NCBI GenBank assembly: GCA_951406725.2
Contig: OX597816.1
Coordinates: forward strand, 34,038,001-34,102,000
DNA length: 64,000 nt
Reading direction: 5' to 3'
Source of the DNA: Octopus vulgaris
Lineage: Eukaryota
Shown: piece after piece, positions 10,979 to 24,770 of the stretch
Layout: every line of letters starts with the position of its first letter
How positions within the stretch are numbered: the first letter of the stretch is position 1
Translations under genes and position numbers: made by a program
The notes under the pieces: generated by a model
The model's input: the letters and a program-made list of their open reading frames with translations, nothing else
What the model was told of the DNA's origin: nothing
The model's database searches: none

Positions 10979-13900
10979 AAATTCGAAATATGTAATGACA
11001 TGGGAAAATATAAATTTGAATATGTAATAATCAATAGTGCAAGAGTGATGCATGCAATTTCGATGTAATTCTATAAAAATTCATGAAATAATGTAGAATA
11101 ATATAAAATAATATAATGAACATTCATATAAATCATTTGGTGCTCGATAAAATCCCTCATGAAATAGAGGGAAAGAAATTCTTGAAATTATACAAAACGT
11201 CCAAATTACCGGTTGGAAGGAAACAATTCATGTTCAGAATTACGAAAATTGTGAAAATACATCCAATATATTCGGCTACATATTCAATAATTCTTTTAAC
11301 TATCTCAGTCATATGAGAGTGGCCACGCTGGAGTACTAGCCTGAAGTACTTTGGTTCCAGGACTTAGCGCTAAAGCAAAGTATTTATTTTATCTAAACAT
11401 TTGATGAACCGCTAGATTACAGGCACGTAAAAACACCAACGATAATTATCAACCGGTAACAGGTTGATACAATGACACACACATAAATACACGCACACAT
11501 ATACATGACACACACATAAATACACGCACACATATACATATACACATACACACACGCATATATAAATACACACATATATATAGATATATTCTACACATAT
11601 GCTTAACTCTAGTCTTCACCATGACCACCACAATTATCGCCAAATCACTTTTACCTGTATTATCATTGTCATTATCATGGGATGTGAGTTAACATCATAT
11701 GAGTACGACTACTTTAACGTTGCCACCTTCAATTCAGCGTCTTTACTAGTCGTTATCATCAAGGGCACTTATGTTTATAAATGAAAAAAAATATTAATTA
11801 CTATTGCTTATTAAATACTAGTCACAACTGATGATTAAGTACTAGACACCACTGGGTGGACTTGCAATCAATTAATACTTAACACTGACAATTAAGGTGT
11901 AATACTTCAGGTATTAAGTAATAATTACCACTGTTATTTTATTTATAATTACCAATGTCATTTTATTTATAATTACCACTTTTAATTTATTACCTCTGGT
12001 AATTTGGTAATAATTAGCACTTTCAATTAAATAATTTATATTTTTCAATGATGAAAAATCCATCACTAGTAATATTTCAAGTGGTACTGCCACGAAATGA
12101 GTTTTGTTGACTGTTTATTTTCGCCATCTTTCGAAAATATTGACATTCAAAATGAGAAGCAGTAGTATATTTTTTTTTATTTCTAGAGGGAGAACCGAGA
12201 GAATCGATAGCTCTTTGGATGAAATACTGCCAAGCATTTCATTTGTCATTACATTCTGAGTTCCAATTCCACCGAAGTCGAATGAACATTTTATCAATTT
12301 CGTGTATCGACAAATTAAGTAACAATTAATCTCTGGAGTCTATAAAATCTCACTCACTCAAATTTCAGGCCTTGTTCCTATTGCAGAAAGGATTCATTTT
12401 GTTATGTCAACGAGCAAAAAATGGTGTCACTGAAAAGTAAGCGACTATCAAAAGTCTTGAATTGCGTGGATTTGTAACGTGAAACATATTCGAGGTCTGC
12501 AATATCAGTTGTTACAATTTCAGATGGTATTATTTGACTTATTCTACATCGATTGCTATATTAAGAGTTAGTATAAGAGACCGGGTTGTTGATAAAAAAT
12601 ACAATGCAATTACGTAAGTGACCAGTTGACCGAATCATTAGGTGACTTCATACATTGAATATTTACTGTAATTTGCCGCAATGTGTGAGTACAATAACAC
12701 CATTTTCATTATTTCATGGTTTACAGACAATTTGTTTGATTTGTACAGGGAGTGATAAGTCTCGCTGTAGTTTTCTGAATGGAAAAGCTGTATTAAAATT
12801 TGGAGAGAAGTCCTACTATATTTAACTTCCCAGGACATTTAATATGTCATGGCAACATACGAATTACTCCATCTCAAATTACGACCAGTTCAATTGCATT
12901 GATAGCATTACTTTGGAAATCTAACCTGATAATGACAAAGTCCAGAACTAATAGGGCAAAAACCACTTATTATATCAAAGGGTTTATAATTTATAGAGTT
13001 GTTTTATCCTTCACCCTGTAAATTAATATATAAATGTTTTTCAGCTATGAGCATGCAATTAGACCTTAGGTAATAATTCATTGCACATAATTTATCACCA
13101 ACCTGTGATGGAGTTACACCTCATGTAACTATATCAGCAGAAATATTAAGGAAGTTGTTCGATGGTTAACTACGTTCTGTAGACGTGGATGCATAACCCT
13201 GTCGAAAAAGAAGCTTCAGTACTGATCAAGCCATTCAGCTTCAACACAGCTCTGTACAAGCGTACACCTTTCAGCAAGTACTCCATACATTCATATGCTA
13301 TTTCGGTTCAGGCAAGTTTGAATAAATAAAGCAGTCATCATTGTTTATCCAGGCATAACAATATTCTGAGCGACGAATGAGCACGCTTTTCGTAAAAAAT
13401 GACATTTCAGCCATGACAACCACCTCTTTCTCTTAATAGCTTCGTATATCTACAACTGCAAGATCCAATGTGCACTTATTTTTAAAGCAGTAGTTTCTAA
13501 TCTGGAGAAGTTTTATTTCAGTTTATTCCAGAGTTGTGGCTAGGACAAATACCAGATCAAAAAATAAGAAATCTGTCTAATGCACAGAACTATATTTTCT
13601 GTGAAATTTATACAGAATATAAAAAAAATTACCACTGGTAACCTTCTATTTTTCTATCCAATTGGGTTTTAACCCACTATGTACATCCTGATATTTAGTG
13701 CTTCATCTACTTCGAGTTCCATAGTTAAAAACGAATTATATGAAATAAAGTATTTTGTCACTGACAAATATAATTTTCCAAGCGTGTATTTAATTTTGTT
13801 TTATTATTCTAATGCCAATTTAATGCTAACATAAAAATTGTCCAATATGTGGTTTAGGATATTTAGTCAGATGCACGCGTCTATGTGAAAGTTCAAACAC

Positions 13901-14119
13901 TAACACATTAATATTATTAATTCATTTGCGTCTCGACGGAAATCCTCTTTATTCTAATGGCGCAAAAGTTCATGACTGACTCAAGGAAAATAGCAGAATA
14001 AAAGAAAAATTGATTTCACAGGGAATTTAAGCGGCGGAATTAACAATATAAAATTTATTACACAGGGAAACCCTCTACATACCAGCACAGAAACACTTTC
14101 CGACAGATAACAACGGTTG

Positions 14120-14203
14120 TGGTAGTAGTAGTAGTAGAAGTAGTAGTAGTAGTAGTAGTAGTGGCAGCAGAAGTAGCATCAGTAGTAGTAGTAGTGATAA
14201 TAA

Positions 14204-14248
<45 letters not shown>

Positions 14249-14375
14249 CGACAGCAGCAGCAGTAGCATCAGGAGTAGTAGTAGTAGCGACAGCAGCAGC
14301 AGTAGCATCAGGAGTAGTAGTAGTAGTAGTAGTAATACTAGTAGTTCTAGTAGTGGCAGCAGCAGCAGTAACATC

Positions 14376-14439
<64 letters not shown>

Positions 14440-14697
14440 ATGGTGGTAGCAGCAGCAGCAGAAGAAGAAGAAGAAGAAGGAGAAGAAGAAGAAGAAAAAG
14501 AAGAAGGAAAAAAGAAGAAGAAGAAGAAGGAGAAGAAGAAGAAAAAGAAGAAGAAGAAGAAGAAGAAGAAGAAGAAGAAGAAGAAGAAGAAGAAGAAGAA
14601 GAAGAAGAAGAGAAGAAGAAGAAGGGTTACGAGCATTTGCTGTAGTAGGAACAACAACAAAAGCAGCGGCAGCAGCAGCAGCAACAACAGCAGCAAC
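14120..14697. repeat. Compound (GTA)/(GCA)/(GAA)/(CAA) trinucleotide array
   Basis: Seen directly; source of the homopolymeric ORFs 14058..14798, 14075..14374 and 14119..14706. Confidence 0.95.
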
Positions 14698-14862
14698 GTA
14701 TCATAATGATATTTTTGATTTGCTGAAATGAATAACTTGTAACACATTACAAATGTCCAAGCAAACACTGCGACATGCGCGCGCATGCATTTTATCATTT
14801 CTTTGTTTCTGTCATTAGACTAATATCATTCTGGCACGCCACCTTGTAGAAATTTAGTCGAA

Positions 14863-15100
14863 TAAGGTCGGCGAGCTGGCAGAATCGTTAGCACGCCGAG
14901 CGAAATACGTAGCCGTATTTCGTCTGCCGTTACATTCTGAGTTCAAATTCCGCCGAGGTTGACTTTCCCTTTCATCCTTTCGGGGTCGATAAATTAAGTA
15001 CCAGTTACGCAATGGGGGTCGATGTAATCGACTTAATCCGTTTGTCTGTCCTTGTTTGTCCGCTCTATGTTTAGCCCCTTGTGGGTAGTAAAGAAATAAG
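14863..15100 (+). mobile_element. tRNA-derived SINE family B
   Basis: GGCGAGCTGGCAGAATCGTTAGCAC...GAGTTCAAATTCC...CCTTTCATCCTTTCGGGGTCGATAAATTAAGTACC; several copies in the window. Confidence 0.9.
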
Positions 15101-15263
15101 AAATTTAGCCGAACGAATTGATCCCAGTACCTATATTTTGTGAGCCTGGTGTTTATTTTTCGCCGAACCGATAAGTTATGAGGAAGCAAAGACACCAACA
15201 TCAATTGTTGAGCAGTGGTGGAGGGAAATTCAGGGAGTGGGGAACGCAGTAATACAAACGCAC

Positions 15264-15309
<46 letters not shown>

Positions 15310-16313
15310 CACAGACCCATTTTAGTTTCCGTCTAACAAATCAACTCAACATGCCTTAGTCGGCCCGCATCTATAGTAGAAGAGATTACGCAAGTTTCCT
15401 CGCATAAAAATGTAACATTATGTATATGGGTATATAATTTGTGTATAAACACACACACACAAACATATATCTTCATAAATATATATAAATATATACATGC
15501 AGTCACAAGATACAACTATATATATATATATATATATAGATAAGAAAGTTGGTTTGTGAAAGCACGTGGTTGAATATATAGAAAATAGTAAAAAGTGAAA
15601 AAACTACAGAAGGCTTGTTTTAAAAGGTTAAATAATATATATTTAAGTCAATATGTCTGAAGAATATTATAAATTTTTTTCCTACAATGACATAGTTTAG
15701 AAGAAAGATCGGTTTCACGTTTAGCTTTTCAATGATTATCAATGATTAAGGGTATATATATATATATATATATATAATAAACGGGAAACAAAAAAACAAC
15801 GCCAGCGTGTGTTGAGTAGTAGTGTATATATATATATATATATATATATCTGGTTGTATCCTGTGTCTGTATATATATATAGTCTTAAATCATAAATTAA
15901 TATAGGATAGCAGAAATTTAGAAATTCCGCTACCAGTGGAAAACAGTCAATAGACAACATAATTTCTATTTAAAATCAATTTACATTTAACACAAAAGAG
16001 GCGACACAGGTAGCCTTAAGTGCTAGAAGTAACAGTCAAACCATCCAAAACCACATTTAAGAGCAATTTCCAAGGGAATAAAAAACAAACACTTTTACCT
16101 TATTTTTTACAGCCATACCCAGATTTCGAACACTAATTAGCAAGTAAAATAATTTGCTAGGCGATATTCTAATCAGTGGCTACACCAAAACACTAACATA
16201 TAATTTAGAGACAGAATAACACGTGCCTCATCATTAAATATTGTTTAAATATTTCAAATTCCTCGCGCGTGGATATGAGCATAACGAGAAAAGGAGCATA
16301 TTTCAACAATATA

Positions 16314-16488
16314 GGCGTAGGTGGGGCTGTGTGGTAAATAGCTTGCTTACCAACCACATGGTTCCGGGTTCAGTCCAACTGCATGGCCCCTTGGGCAAGT
16401 GTTTTCTACTATAGCCTCGAGCCGACTAAATCTAGGTGAGTGGATTTGGTAGACGGAAACTGAAAGAAGCCCGACTTATATATGTATA

Positions 16489-16565
<77 letters not shown>

Positions 16566-16773
16566 ATATATATATATATTTGTATGTGTGTGTATATGTT
16601 TGTGTGTCTGTGTTTGACACCCCAATTTCGCTTGATAACCGATGCTGGTGTGTTAACGTGCCCGTACTAGGCTTACAGAGAATAAGTCCTCGGGTCGATT
16701 TGCTCAACTAAAGGCAGTGCCTCAGCATGGCCACGGGCAAATAAGTGAAGCAAGTAAAAGAGTAAAGAGTAAA
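16314..16773 (+). mobile_element. tRNA-derived SINE family A
   Basis: GGCGTAGGTGGGGCTGTGTGGTAA...GGTTCCGGGTTCAGTCC head, expanded internal (TA)n, AGTAAAAG tail. Confidence 0.9.
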
Positions 16774-17022
16774 ATATAGATCTTAACATGGGTTTTGTAG
16801 TATTATTCTACTGCAATCAACGCATATGTACTCCTACTTCTATGCATGCATAGATGCACACAATTATGCGTACATTATGCGAACAATTATACGTACATAA
16901 ATGCTTGTATACATATATATATAAATGTATAATATTAAGGAGAGAAACAAATTTAAATGTGAACGTATATGTTCATTCAATCCATAGTAACGAAATTCTC
17001 CATAGTACAGAATGTTCATACA

Positions 17023-17550
17023 TACAGCCTTAGCCAAAAGTATTAGGTCACCCACAATGTTTTGGTGTTCTGCTATCTCAGTGTTAATGAAACTCGTGCA
17101 CATGGTAGATTATAGTATATTTCAAAATATACAAGAGTTTTAATATCTTGTTGGCCCTTTTTAGCATTAATTACCGCTTTTATACGGTTAGGCTTTGAGC
17201 TAGCTAGATTCTTGCTAGTGCTAGGAGCAATTTTACTCCATTCTTCTTTCAACATTAGGTACAAATGCTATTTACTTTTAATTGTTGTATTCCTGATGGC
17301 TTCACCAACAGTTCCCTATATATTTCCGATCGGATTTAGATCGGGATTTTGAGCTGGCCAGTCCATGGGAACAATACCCTGTGTCTCAAATCAGTGACGA
17401 GTATGACATGTATGACATATAGCGTTCGTCTGTTGAGAGATAACACTGTTTTTCGAAACTCCTGGATGAAATTTAGCACTTGATGACTCTAAAACTTCCG
17501 ATAACATAGTAACATAGGTAGCTGAATTCATCCTTGTACTGAGAAGCTGG
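17023..17550 (-). mobile_element. Tc1-like transposon 3' remnant
   Basis: Minus strand encodes MDWPAQNPDLNPI and LKEEWSKI...KNLASSKPNRIKAVINAK (Tc1 C-terminus); TACAG TIR-like end near 17023. Confidence 0.85.
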
Positions 17551-17630
17551 GTAAAAACATAAAGAATAATATTAGCTTTATGCTGGATACATTTGTATGT
17601 TTTTTGGGCAATAAACCAATTACATTAAGT

Positions 17631-17809
17631 TTATACAGTCCTATATTTAAGAGATGAGGAATTACGTACATTATTTACATTTGGCGGATATTTGTCCTCA
17701 TCTTGTTTGTTGTTAACACAACGTTTCGGCTGATATACCCCCCAGCTTTCATCAGGTGTCTTGGGGAAATTTCGAAACTGGGTTCCCATTCCTAAGGTAT
17801 TTATCGATG

Positions 17810-17810
<1 letters not shown>
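17631..17810 (-). mobile_element. Penelope-like pLTR containing a hammerhead
   Basis: Lies just downstream of a GIY-YIG remnant on the same strand and contains an HHR motif. Confidence 0.75.
17715..17760 (-). ncRNA. Minimal type-I hammerhead ribozyme
   Basis: Reverse complement: GACAC-CTGATGA-aaGCTG-gggggtatat-CAGCc-GAAA-CG-TT-GTGTT. Confidence 0.75.
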
Positions 17811-17844
<34 letters not shown>

Positions 17845-18140
17845 GAACATTGGAATCTTGTGGTTGGTAGCCCGCGCCATATGCTCGTAGGCAATTATGG
17901 AGTGAATGTTGATCAATATCTCCTCTTGTCACAGATTTGCGATATTCCTCTACCCCTATTTTGACGGAGCGGCGTGTTTCGCCTTTGTATAACCTACCGC
18001 AGCTGCATCGGAGGGTGTACACGCAATGTTTGGCCATATTCTCTCCTAAAGGTGGTTTTATGCGAACTGAGATATTTTCGAAGTGTTGTATTACTTTTGA
18101 GTGCCTACCTTAAAGGAAATAAGATCGATAGTAACATTTT
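17845..18140 (-). pseudogene. Penelope-like GIY-YIG endonuclease remnant
   Basis: [10 protein letters not shown]...[48 protein letters not shown] fits the PLE VY-x-I-x-CxCG-xx-YIGET-xR-x-L-xx-R-xx-EH pattern; frameshifted. Confidence 0.85.
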
Positions 18141-18171
18141 CCTTTTATGGCAAACTATGCACCTAATTCAA

Positions 18172-18243
<72 letters not shown>

Positions 18244-19062
18244 TGTATACATAGATACAAGCATACACACACACGGAGGTATATGATTATTTGCGTGCTT
18301 ATATATATATATACATATATACATATATAACTGACTGTGTGAATATCTTTTTCAGAGATTATACATTAATAGTCTTATTTGCAGAATTACATTAAGCGCT
18401 ACCTCAGTGTATTTTTAGTGCAATTCTTTGAAATCGTCCTATTATTTGTTCCTCTGATGTCTTTATTCACCTTCATCTGTCAATTCTTGGCTAATTTCCA
18501 TTTGCTAGCTACAGCCCTCTCTATTTCTCTCCTTCAACCGCTATTTTTAAAATTCTTTATTCATTATCGTAACTTAAATTCGTCTTAATATTTCATTCCT
18601 AATCCTGTTCTTTGTATTTTTGTGACTGTTTGTTAATCCTTACTTCACTGCTAAGAAGATTTAAGTGATATTCTGTTGCCAAATCCTAAAGAGAATCCGA
18701 TGATGAGAGACAGAAACAAAGATAGAAAAATACGAACAGGAAGACGTTGCTATGCAATCTTCTTACTGGGATACAAGCCATATGTACTAATCCAGGGTGT
18801 CAAACTTTCCTATGTAAATCAACCAGTTACTTATTTTAAAGAAACTACTACTCTCACTGGATTAAACATACAGAGACGAAAGTATATTTGAAAATTAATA
18901 TCGAGTGTTTGGAATTCATGTTTTTAATTTTTGCCAAAATTTAATAACAAAATTTTAGATATTAGTTTGAGCGAGTCGTATTGCAATAATAGTATAGAAG
19001 TATAATAGTATAGTAGATCATAGTTCGCATGGAATAATGATGTCATCAAAATATATATATAT

Positions 19063-19456
19063 TGGCTGTGTGGTAAGTAGCTTGCGAACCAACCACATGG
19101 TTCTGCGTTCAGTCCCACTGCGTGGCATCTTGGGCAAGTGTCTTCTGCTATAGCCCCGGACCGACCAATGCCTTGTGAGTGGATTTGGTAGACGGAAACT
19201 GAAAGAAGCCTGTCGTGTATATCTATGTATATATAAGTGTGTGTGTGCCTGTGTGTCTGTGTTTGTCCCCCTAGCATTGCTTGACAACCGATGCTGGTGT
19301 GTTTACGTCCCCGTCACCTAGCGGTTCGGCAAAATATTCCGATAGAATAAGTACTGGGCTTACAAAGAATAAGTCCCGGGGTCGATTTGCTCGACTAAAG
19401 GCGGTGCTCCAGCATGGCCGCAGTCAAATGACTGAAACAAGTAAAAGAGTAAAAGA
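19063..19456 (+). mobile_element. SINE family A
   Basis: Near-complete match to 38307-38719. Confidence 0.92.
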
Positions 19457-19967
19457 AATATATATGCAAACAAAGAATACATACACATAAGCACACACAT
19501 GCACACACAATTCTTATATGGTCCATATTGAAGATATTTACGCATGTTCAAAAGAAGACTAAGTACCCTACTCTCTCTCTTTCAATCACTTTTCAATCTC
19601 TGAGTCGTGTTCAGGTTGTTACAAATGCGATTATGGATGGTGGTAGTAAAGTAAAACCCTATTGAATACATTCACACATATGAAAACAAAAGAATGACGA
19701 ACCTTTTTTTTTATATAACCATACATAAATCTATGTAGGAATGCATATGCATGTACGTATGTGTGTATACAAAGATTTCAGGACAATGAGGATGAGCTAG
19801 ATTAAGAAAAGTGTAAATCGAGTGAAGAACAAATATAGAGTGCGTGTGATTATTTGGCAAAAAGAAAAGTAGTAATAATATTAATGATAACGACCATTCC
19901 GAAATACAACAATATCTGTTTCAACACACGATTTCACATCAGGAATCTAGCAACACAAATACACATA

Positions 19968-20010
<43 letters not shown>

Positions 20011-20053
20011 ATATATATTGTGTGTGTGTGTTGTTTATGTATATATATACGTA

Positions 20054-20196
<143 letters not shown>

Positions 20197-20206
20197 GTAT
20201 GTATAA

Positions 20207-20480
20207 TACAAAAAGGGACAAAAAGGCAAAACATCTAGACAGCTAGGTGATACAAAAATGACTAGAAAATACCCAGACAGACGATACACGGAAAACAAGA
20301 ACGTGTCTTTCGGAGTGTCCTATCCTCAGTCGAGTTCCAGATTATCATTGCAATTTCGGTTGGTTGTACTCGAGATTGCTCCAATGTGACCAGCCTCAAG
20401 GAAAATAAGCTAAGAGCATTAGAATCCTTGGAAGAAAGCAGTGAATATATACGAAAGCAAGGACAAAAACCCAGAAATGT
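20207..20480 (-). mobile_element. (TA)n-adjacent pLTR-like repeat with degenerate HHR-like motif
   Basis: Reverse complement of 20296-20333: CGA-CTGAGGA-taggacactcc-GAAA-GACACGT-TC-TTG; stem II is weak. Confidence 0.4.
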
Positions 20481-20613
20481 TGCACACACAGACACAGACA
20501 CACAAACACACGCACACAAACACACACATACATACACACATATATATGTATGTATGCATACATATATATACATGTTTATACATTTAGCATATATAAGTTT
20601 CTGCATATACATG

Positions 20614-20680
<67 letters not shown>

Positions 20681-21184
20681 GTATGTATAATATACCTTAT
20701 ACGAATATACACTTATATCACCATATATTTATTAGACTGGACATAATGGCAGCTTTCAAAGAGCGCTCTTTTCTATACGTTCTTGATTCAATAATGGATG
20801 CAATGAACCAATGATACTTATCATATTTGCATTGCTGAGCACTTGTATGTGAATAAACGAATTCTTGAACGACACATTTTTATCTGGATAGAGAAACATT
20901 GTAGTAACTTGGCAAACTATGGAACTGCTGCTTCGGTAACCTATCGTGAGATGTTCACGAGTGAATCATCAGTTGCTAGGGGATAAATGACGGAAGCATA
21001 AGCTGTATGAAACGTATAACAAATAGGAATTTTATAATACATTATTGAAGAATAATTTAGGATGAGATTTTCTGCCATTGCGTTGTTTAGCAGTCATGCC
21101 ACTTCCTTGACTCTCAATGACAGGATTTCTACACCTTCAAATGCAATATGGAATGTGAGATGATTCAGTTGAATATGTCAGATA

Positions 21185-21597
21185 GGCGCAGGTGTGGCTG
21201 TGTGGTACGTAGCTTGCTTACCAACCACATGGTTCCGGGTTCAGTCTCACTGCGTGGCATCTTGGGCAAGTGTCTTCTACTATAGCCTCGGGCCGACGAA
21301 AGTTTTGTGAGTGGATTTGGTAGACGGAAACTGAAAGATACCCGTCGTATATATTTATATATATATGTCTGTGTCTGTGTGTGTCTGTGTGTGTGTTTGT
21401 ATGTCTGTGTTTGTCCCCCAACATCGCTTGACAACCGATGCTGGTGTGTTTTCGTCCCCATAACTAAGCGGTTCGGTAAAAGAGACCAAAAGAATAAGTA
21501 CTAGGCTTTCAAAGAATAAGTCCTGATGTCGATTTCTTCGACTAAAGGCGGTGCTCCAGCATGGCCGCAGTCAAATGACTGAAACAAGTAAAAGAGT
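21185..21597 (+). mobile_element. SINE family A
   Basis: Full head-to-tail match to the other copies. Confidence 0.92.
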
Positions 21598-22432
21598 TCG
21601 AAATATTTATCATACAATCCATCTTTATTGATATAACCTTGTGTATTTTAGGAAAGAATGTCACAAACAAACATATTCTTATTTAATAGTTATTAAAAGT
21701 AAAGTACACCGAGAAGAATCAGGAAAAAAGCCGACGTTTGCCAAAAATTTAGCAAATTCACAAACCCGATATTATTTTCCTTGGACAAGCTTTGAAACTT
21801 AGAAATATTCAGAAATGATTATCAAAACAAATTCTTCATCTTAGATGTAGAATCTCCGGTTCCAGCAAACAGTAACCAAATCATTCTCTTATAAAAGTCT
21901 ATCCTGTACAATACAAACAAGTCTGTGCATGTTAGACAAAATTGATATGGATATAAAGTCGAACAGAACGTACACACCAAGTAAATATTTGTGCTAAACG
22001 TCTCTTTGAGTACAAATAAGTGCCGAGCAAGGTCAGAACAAAAAAAAACAAAACAGGGACATGTGATTGAGATGATATTGCACAATGACACAAGAGTAGA
22101 CATGGTAGCGACCGCAGTAAAGTTTGTTCGAATATAACATGTACATTTAAGTGGGGTTAAATATTACCCGTCGGAGTCTTTACTGCCATTGTCGCTAATG
22201 TATGTATTTAAAAGCAACAACTGTCACAACAGCACTACCTCTACCACTAACATAAACAGCACCAAAAGCTGTACATTAAAACACATGAACAATGATTAGT
22301 ATCTATAATTTAGATACAATGTGAACGATGTGGCTGCACTTATATACATACATACATACATACAACCACGCCTGCAACTGCATATACATAACGTGTGTGT
22401 GCGTGTAAGTGCAGGCGTAGCTCTGTGAATAG

Positions 22433-22602
22433 GCGCAGACCTGGCTGTGTCGTAAGAAGCTTCCATTCCAAGTACGTGTCTAGGCTAATTCTGGTTACGG
22501 GGCAACTTGCGCAGGTATCTTCTACTATAGTTCCAGGACAACAAAAAGCCTTGTGAGTGGATTTATTAGGCGGGAACTGAAAAAAAACTCTCGATATATA
22601 TA

Positions 22603-22659
<57 letters not shown>

Positions 22660-22975
22660 ATCTAAGTATCTAAGTGTATGTGTATTTGTGTCTCTGCTTA
22701 TCTCTCCTCAATACTTGACAACAGGTGTTGATTTTTTAAATTCCCCGTACGCTCGCAATTTATAGATAAATAAGAATATGTTTGTTTCTGACAATCTCTC
22801 CTAAAATACACAAGGTTTTATCAATAAAGATGGATTGTATGATAAATATATGGAGCGAAAACAGATAAACCAAAAGTGTTATATAAAAAAAAAGACAGAA
22901 AAAGAACTGGGATTAATTTGTGCGATTAAATACTTGCAGCTGATGTGTTAGTTGAGAGACTTAAACAAGTAAAAT
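22433..22975 (+). mobile_element. Old SINE family A copy interrupted by an inverted templated segment
   Basis: Degenerate head and body; 22767-22848 is the reverse complement of 21604-21685. Confidence 0.7.
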
Positions 22976-24419
22976 TAAAGTGTAAACAAATATTTAGTAT
23001 AAACTGCTGTATTTCATCACTGAAGGGAAAGCTAAATTGACCTTGGTTCGATTTGAATGTATTAATTCCACCGATTAGAACTTACAAGCCGACGGATATA
23101 CCGCAATGTATTTTGTGGAAAGCTCTTTGCTTCCAATATATGTGCTACTGTCATAAGGTTTTGAGGATGTTATCAAAAATTTCTGTGCGAAATTTTCATA
23201 GTCTCAAACAAAACATGTCATTTTCACATTAGCCTGCACGTGGACGAAACTTTTTGACCGCTATCTTCAAAATTGCCTCGCCCTAGAACCGGACCGATTT
23301 TAATAAAGACAACTTTAACAGCTGTTCAAATAATTCTGAAATCTGCACTCTGGCACTTAAGAAATACGTGACTCACGGATTTGTCACTCTTTGTGAAACT
23401 TCTTAAGTCTCACTTGTGTGTATGAGCTTGTATCAGGGGTTGCGTGTGTTCGAGTGTATGTCTGTATGTGGGTGTGGGCGAAATTAAACACTGATGATTT
23501 GGTTCGTATGTAATAGAAAACTAATACTTGTTCCGAGCGCCAAAGAAAAGAAAAAAATTAAAAGGGAAAAGAAGCAATACACTTGGGATCGTTGTTCATG
23601 AAATAATCATTAATAATGCTTTACTGAACGCGCTTTGCATAAGAGTGTCTCCGTTGCAACAAGCAAGCACACAGACACAGAGATAAGCACACACTCACAC
23701 ACACAAATACACACACACACACACACTCACAAACACAAACACACACACATGAACACACACACACATATGTCCGTATACATACACATGACTGTACATATAC
23801 ATAGACAGCCCTAAATATGAATATAACTGTGTATGCATATATTAATAAATGCACACATATACATACAAAAACACATACGCACACAGTCACGCACATACAC
23901 ACCACACATGCACTCACATACGCACACACACGCAAACATAAACACACATATGCATGAGTATGATGTATATGCATATATTTATTTGAATTTTATGCCTGTT
24001 AATATCGTTGTTGAGTAGCAACGTATATATTTTTTTAATTGTGATAAGAAAGGTAAAGATTATAGGCGAGTGTGGTTCTATTTATCAAACAAAAATTTAG
24101 AGTTGACACACCTGCATAAATATCGCAATTTGTCATACATAATGTCTATAGTCCTTGCAAACACTGATTTGATAATTTGAATGAAATAATTTGTAGCAGA
24201 AAAAATGTTTCCGAAATAAGTACTTCAATGACATTTCATGAAAAGGATTGTATGAAAATGCTTTCGTTAGTTTTCCCTGGCGTTCGGACTTCTTAGCCTT
24301 TCGTAAATGTCTCAGGATGTTGTCATAGTAATCTACATTTGTGGTGTGAAAGTTTTGAAGTTATTCAACGCAATGTTTTTGCATCTAAAATAGTAAGGCC
24401 ATCATCTTCCATGCTGAGG

Positions 24420-24770
24420 AAATGACGTTATACCTTTTGTAGGAGTGAGGATGGATGGATCTTTTACTGGGTTTTCCAACACTCGTCCTGCATTAGAAAG
24501 CGTTTAAGGAAACCAGCTGGATCTGCCTCTAACAATGTTATACGTTACCGTGATGTGATCAATCTGGAGCGTGTTTGATCAAGTGTCAGAATACGTGAGG
24601 CCACCGAGCAGAAAACTTCATGTTATGTTCATTCTGTGGAATATTCTCATCTCGCTCACGTGATGTGCTTATAGCCATGGCTGTTTGATATATAGTCAAT
24701 CGCCTGTCATCTGTGACCACGTGGTTAACACGATCAATGCTTTCCTCGTTGGTGGCAGTAGGAGGAAACT
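24420..24770 (-). pseudogene. Decayed mariner transposase fragment
   Basis: Minus strand: PTATNEESIDRVNHVVTDDRRLTIYQTAMAISTSRERDENI...MKFSARW, the typical mariner DDRRLT...SARWVP region. Confidence 0.85.

Noticed and set aside
14058-14798. Long ORFs of 195-246 aa (also 128..481 and the many YIYI/HTHT ORFs)
   Set aside because: Translations of simple repeats with no domain content.
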